Below, in pieces: positions 62,919-64,000 of a stretch of DNA of 64,000 nucleotides (positions are counted from its first letter, which is position 1; each line of letters begins with the position of its first letter). The position numbers and the translations under genes were made by a program. The stretch is from a virus, in the IMG/VR virus record IMGVR_UViG_3300018984_000002, positions 38,777 through 102,776 of that record. One strand, 5' to 3'. Below the pieces are notes generated by a model. That model did not search any database. It saw nothing but the letters and a program-made list of their open reading frames with translations, and was not told the DNA's origin.

Positions 62919-63527
62919 TTATGCATCCATAACAGGCAAATCAAGAGGAGCAGTATTATCTAGTACTCCTTCTCCACTAATTCCAGGTGTTGCCGGAACT
63001 ACTACCTCTGACCCAACAGGTTCACCTAATACAGGGGTAGAAGGCTCCACTGATGGTGCTACAGGCTCAGAAGGTACTACAGGGACGACTGGAGTAGTAG
63101 GCTCAGTAGGCTCGACTACAGCAGGAGCAGCATCTTCAGGAGTAGGAACAGCGGGTTCAGTTACTGGCGGTACTACAGGTGCTTCAGGAGCAGCTTTAGG
63201 TAGCAGATCTTCTAATTGTGCTTGTAGTGCGTCCAGACGTGCAATGTCCTGGTCTGTGACGGCTTCAGCTTGAAGGTCTGTAATCTGCTTCTGCAAACTC
63301 TCTACTTGAGCTTTAGCATCGGCATCTTCTTGTACTTCTGCTTCAGCCACTTTGTTAACCATGTTCTCTAACAAAGTGAGAGTATTACGTAGATCTTTAG
63401 GCATTTGAGTTATGTTTCCTTTGAGGTTTATGTGTTTGATTATAGTATGCAACCTGGATGTGTACTGGTCTTCCTCTGCTTTTAACAATTTAGCTAGAGA
63501 CATCAAGAACTCGTACATCTCCGTCAC
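62919..63527 (-). CDS. coiled-coil protein with Pro/Glu/Val-rich acidic tail
   Basis: Heptad region followed by PEAPVVPPVTEP-type repeats; visibly more GC-rich than neighbours. Confidence 0.6.
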   Translation of the reverse strand: MTEMYEFLMSLAKLLKAEEDQYTSRLHTIIKHINLKGNITQMPKDLRNTLTLLENMVNKVAEAEVQEDADAKAQVESLQKQITDLQAEAVTDQDIARLDALQAQLEDLLPKAAPEAPVVPPVTEPAVPTPEDAAPAVVEPTEPTTPVVPVVPSEPVAPSVEPSTPVLGEPVGSEVVVPATPGISGEGVLDNTAPLDLPVMDA

Positions 63528-64000
63528 TATCCCATCTGATTTAATTGTGCTTCGATAATAGTAGCATAATCTTGGTTATCCCAGTACTCTTCCTCTGGAC
63601 TAAATTTAATTGCAGTACATAGTTTCTTTTCTACAGAACGACAAAGATTAAACATATAATCTCCTAGCATATTGTATGCAGAACCAGTCTTTTGAGACTG
63701 AACTGAATAATCTTCAGGATTAAAAGTATCGTAATGATGAATAATATCCCAACAAAAATGTTCTATATTTCTGATATCAATACACAAGTTGTACAATTCA
63801 CAACTTGGAATTGTATGAAAAACTACAAATTCTTGTGCATTTTTGAATTGACTATTTAAAACAATTCTACGTTGATTAAATTCAGCAACCAAAGAGTCCG
63901 AAATAATATACTTATTGTTTTGTAGTTTACACCACAAGTTAGCCCCTAAATCGTTAATGCCAGGATTTCGTAATTCTTTGAGAAGTCTTAAATCCTCTTT

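Larger units (their letters stand above)
41..63903. repeat. highly iterated dispersed motif GTCCGAAA (extended AGTCCGAAATA(A)TAAG)
   Basis: At least 44 exact 8-mer copies located by eye, 23 on + and 21 on -, plus many one-mismatch copies. Confidence 0.95.

Noticed and set aside
41-63903. GTCCGAAA copies as a CRISPR array or tandem repeat
   Set aside because: Spacing is irregular (tens to thousands of bases), orientation is mixed and most copies are inside genes.

Overview
A 64 kb slice of a large, AT-rich (roughly one-third GC) tailed dsDNA phage or prophage genome, probably a long-tailed cyanophage. The host call is an inference from a cyanobacteria-type small protein, the lysozyme+C39 endolysin and a ClpS gene. 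Morphogenesis genes are mostly on the + strand but scattered: neck and tail tube (89-3487); holin, endolysin, 2519-aa tape measure and tail/fibre genes (15781-32392); an isolated portal (33611); and an isolated tail-assembly chaperone with a GGGAAAG -1 frameshift (38749-39572). The - strand carries replication/recombination genes (unsplit DnaE, primase, two AAA_25 helicases, SSB, exonuclease, an ATPase with a class 3 intein, RuvC) and many accessory genes (Tad1-like and Acb2-like candidate anti-defence sponges, adenine methyltransferase, RNA ligase, HAD phosphatase, NUDIX, SLOG, nucleotidyltransferase, ClpS). The most striking unexplained signal is a non-palindromic motif, core GTCCGAAA (extended AGTCCGAAATA(A)TAAG). 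I found at least 44 exact core copies by eye, on both strands, in several reading frames and between genes, with two inverted-pair intergenic elements. No terminase or capsid gene, CRISPR array, tRNA or reverse transcriptase was recognised. All family calls rest on recalled motifs; no database search was run.
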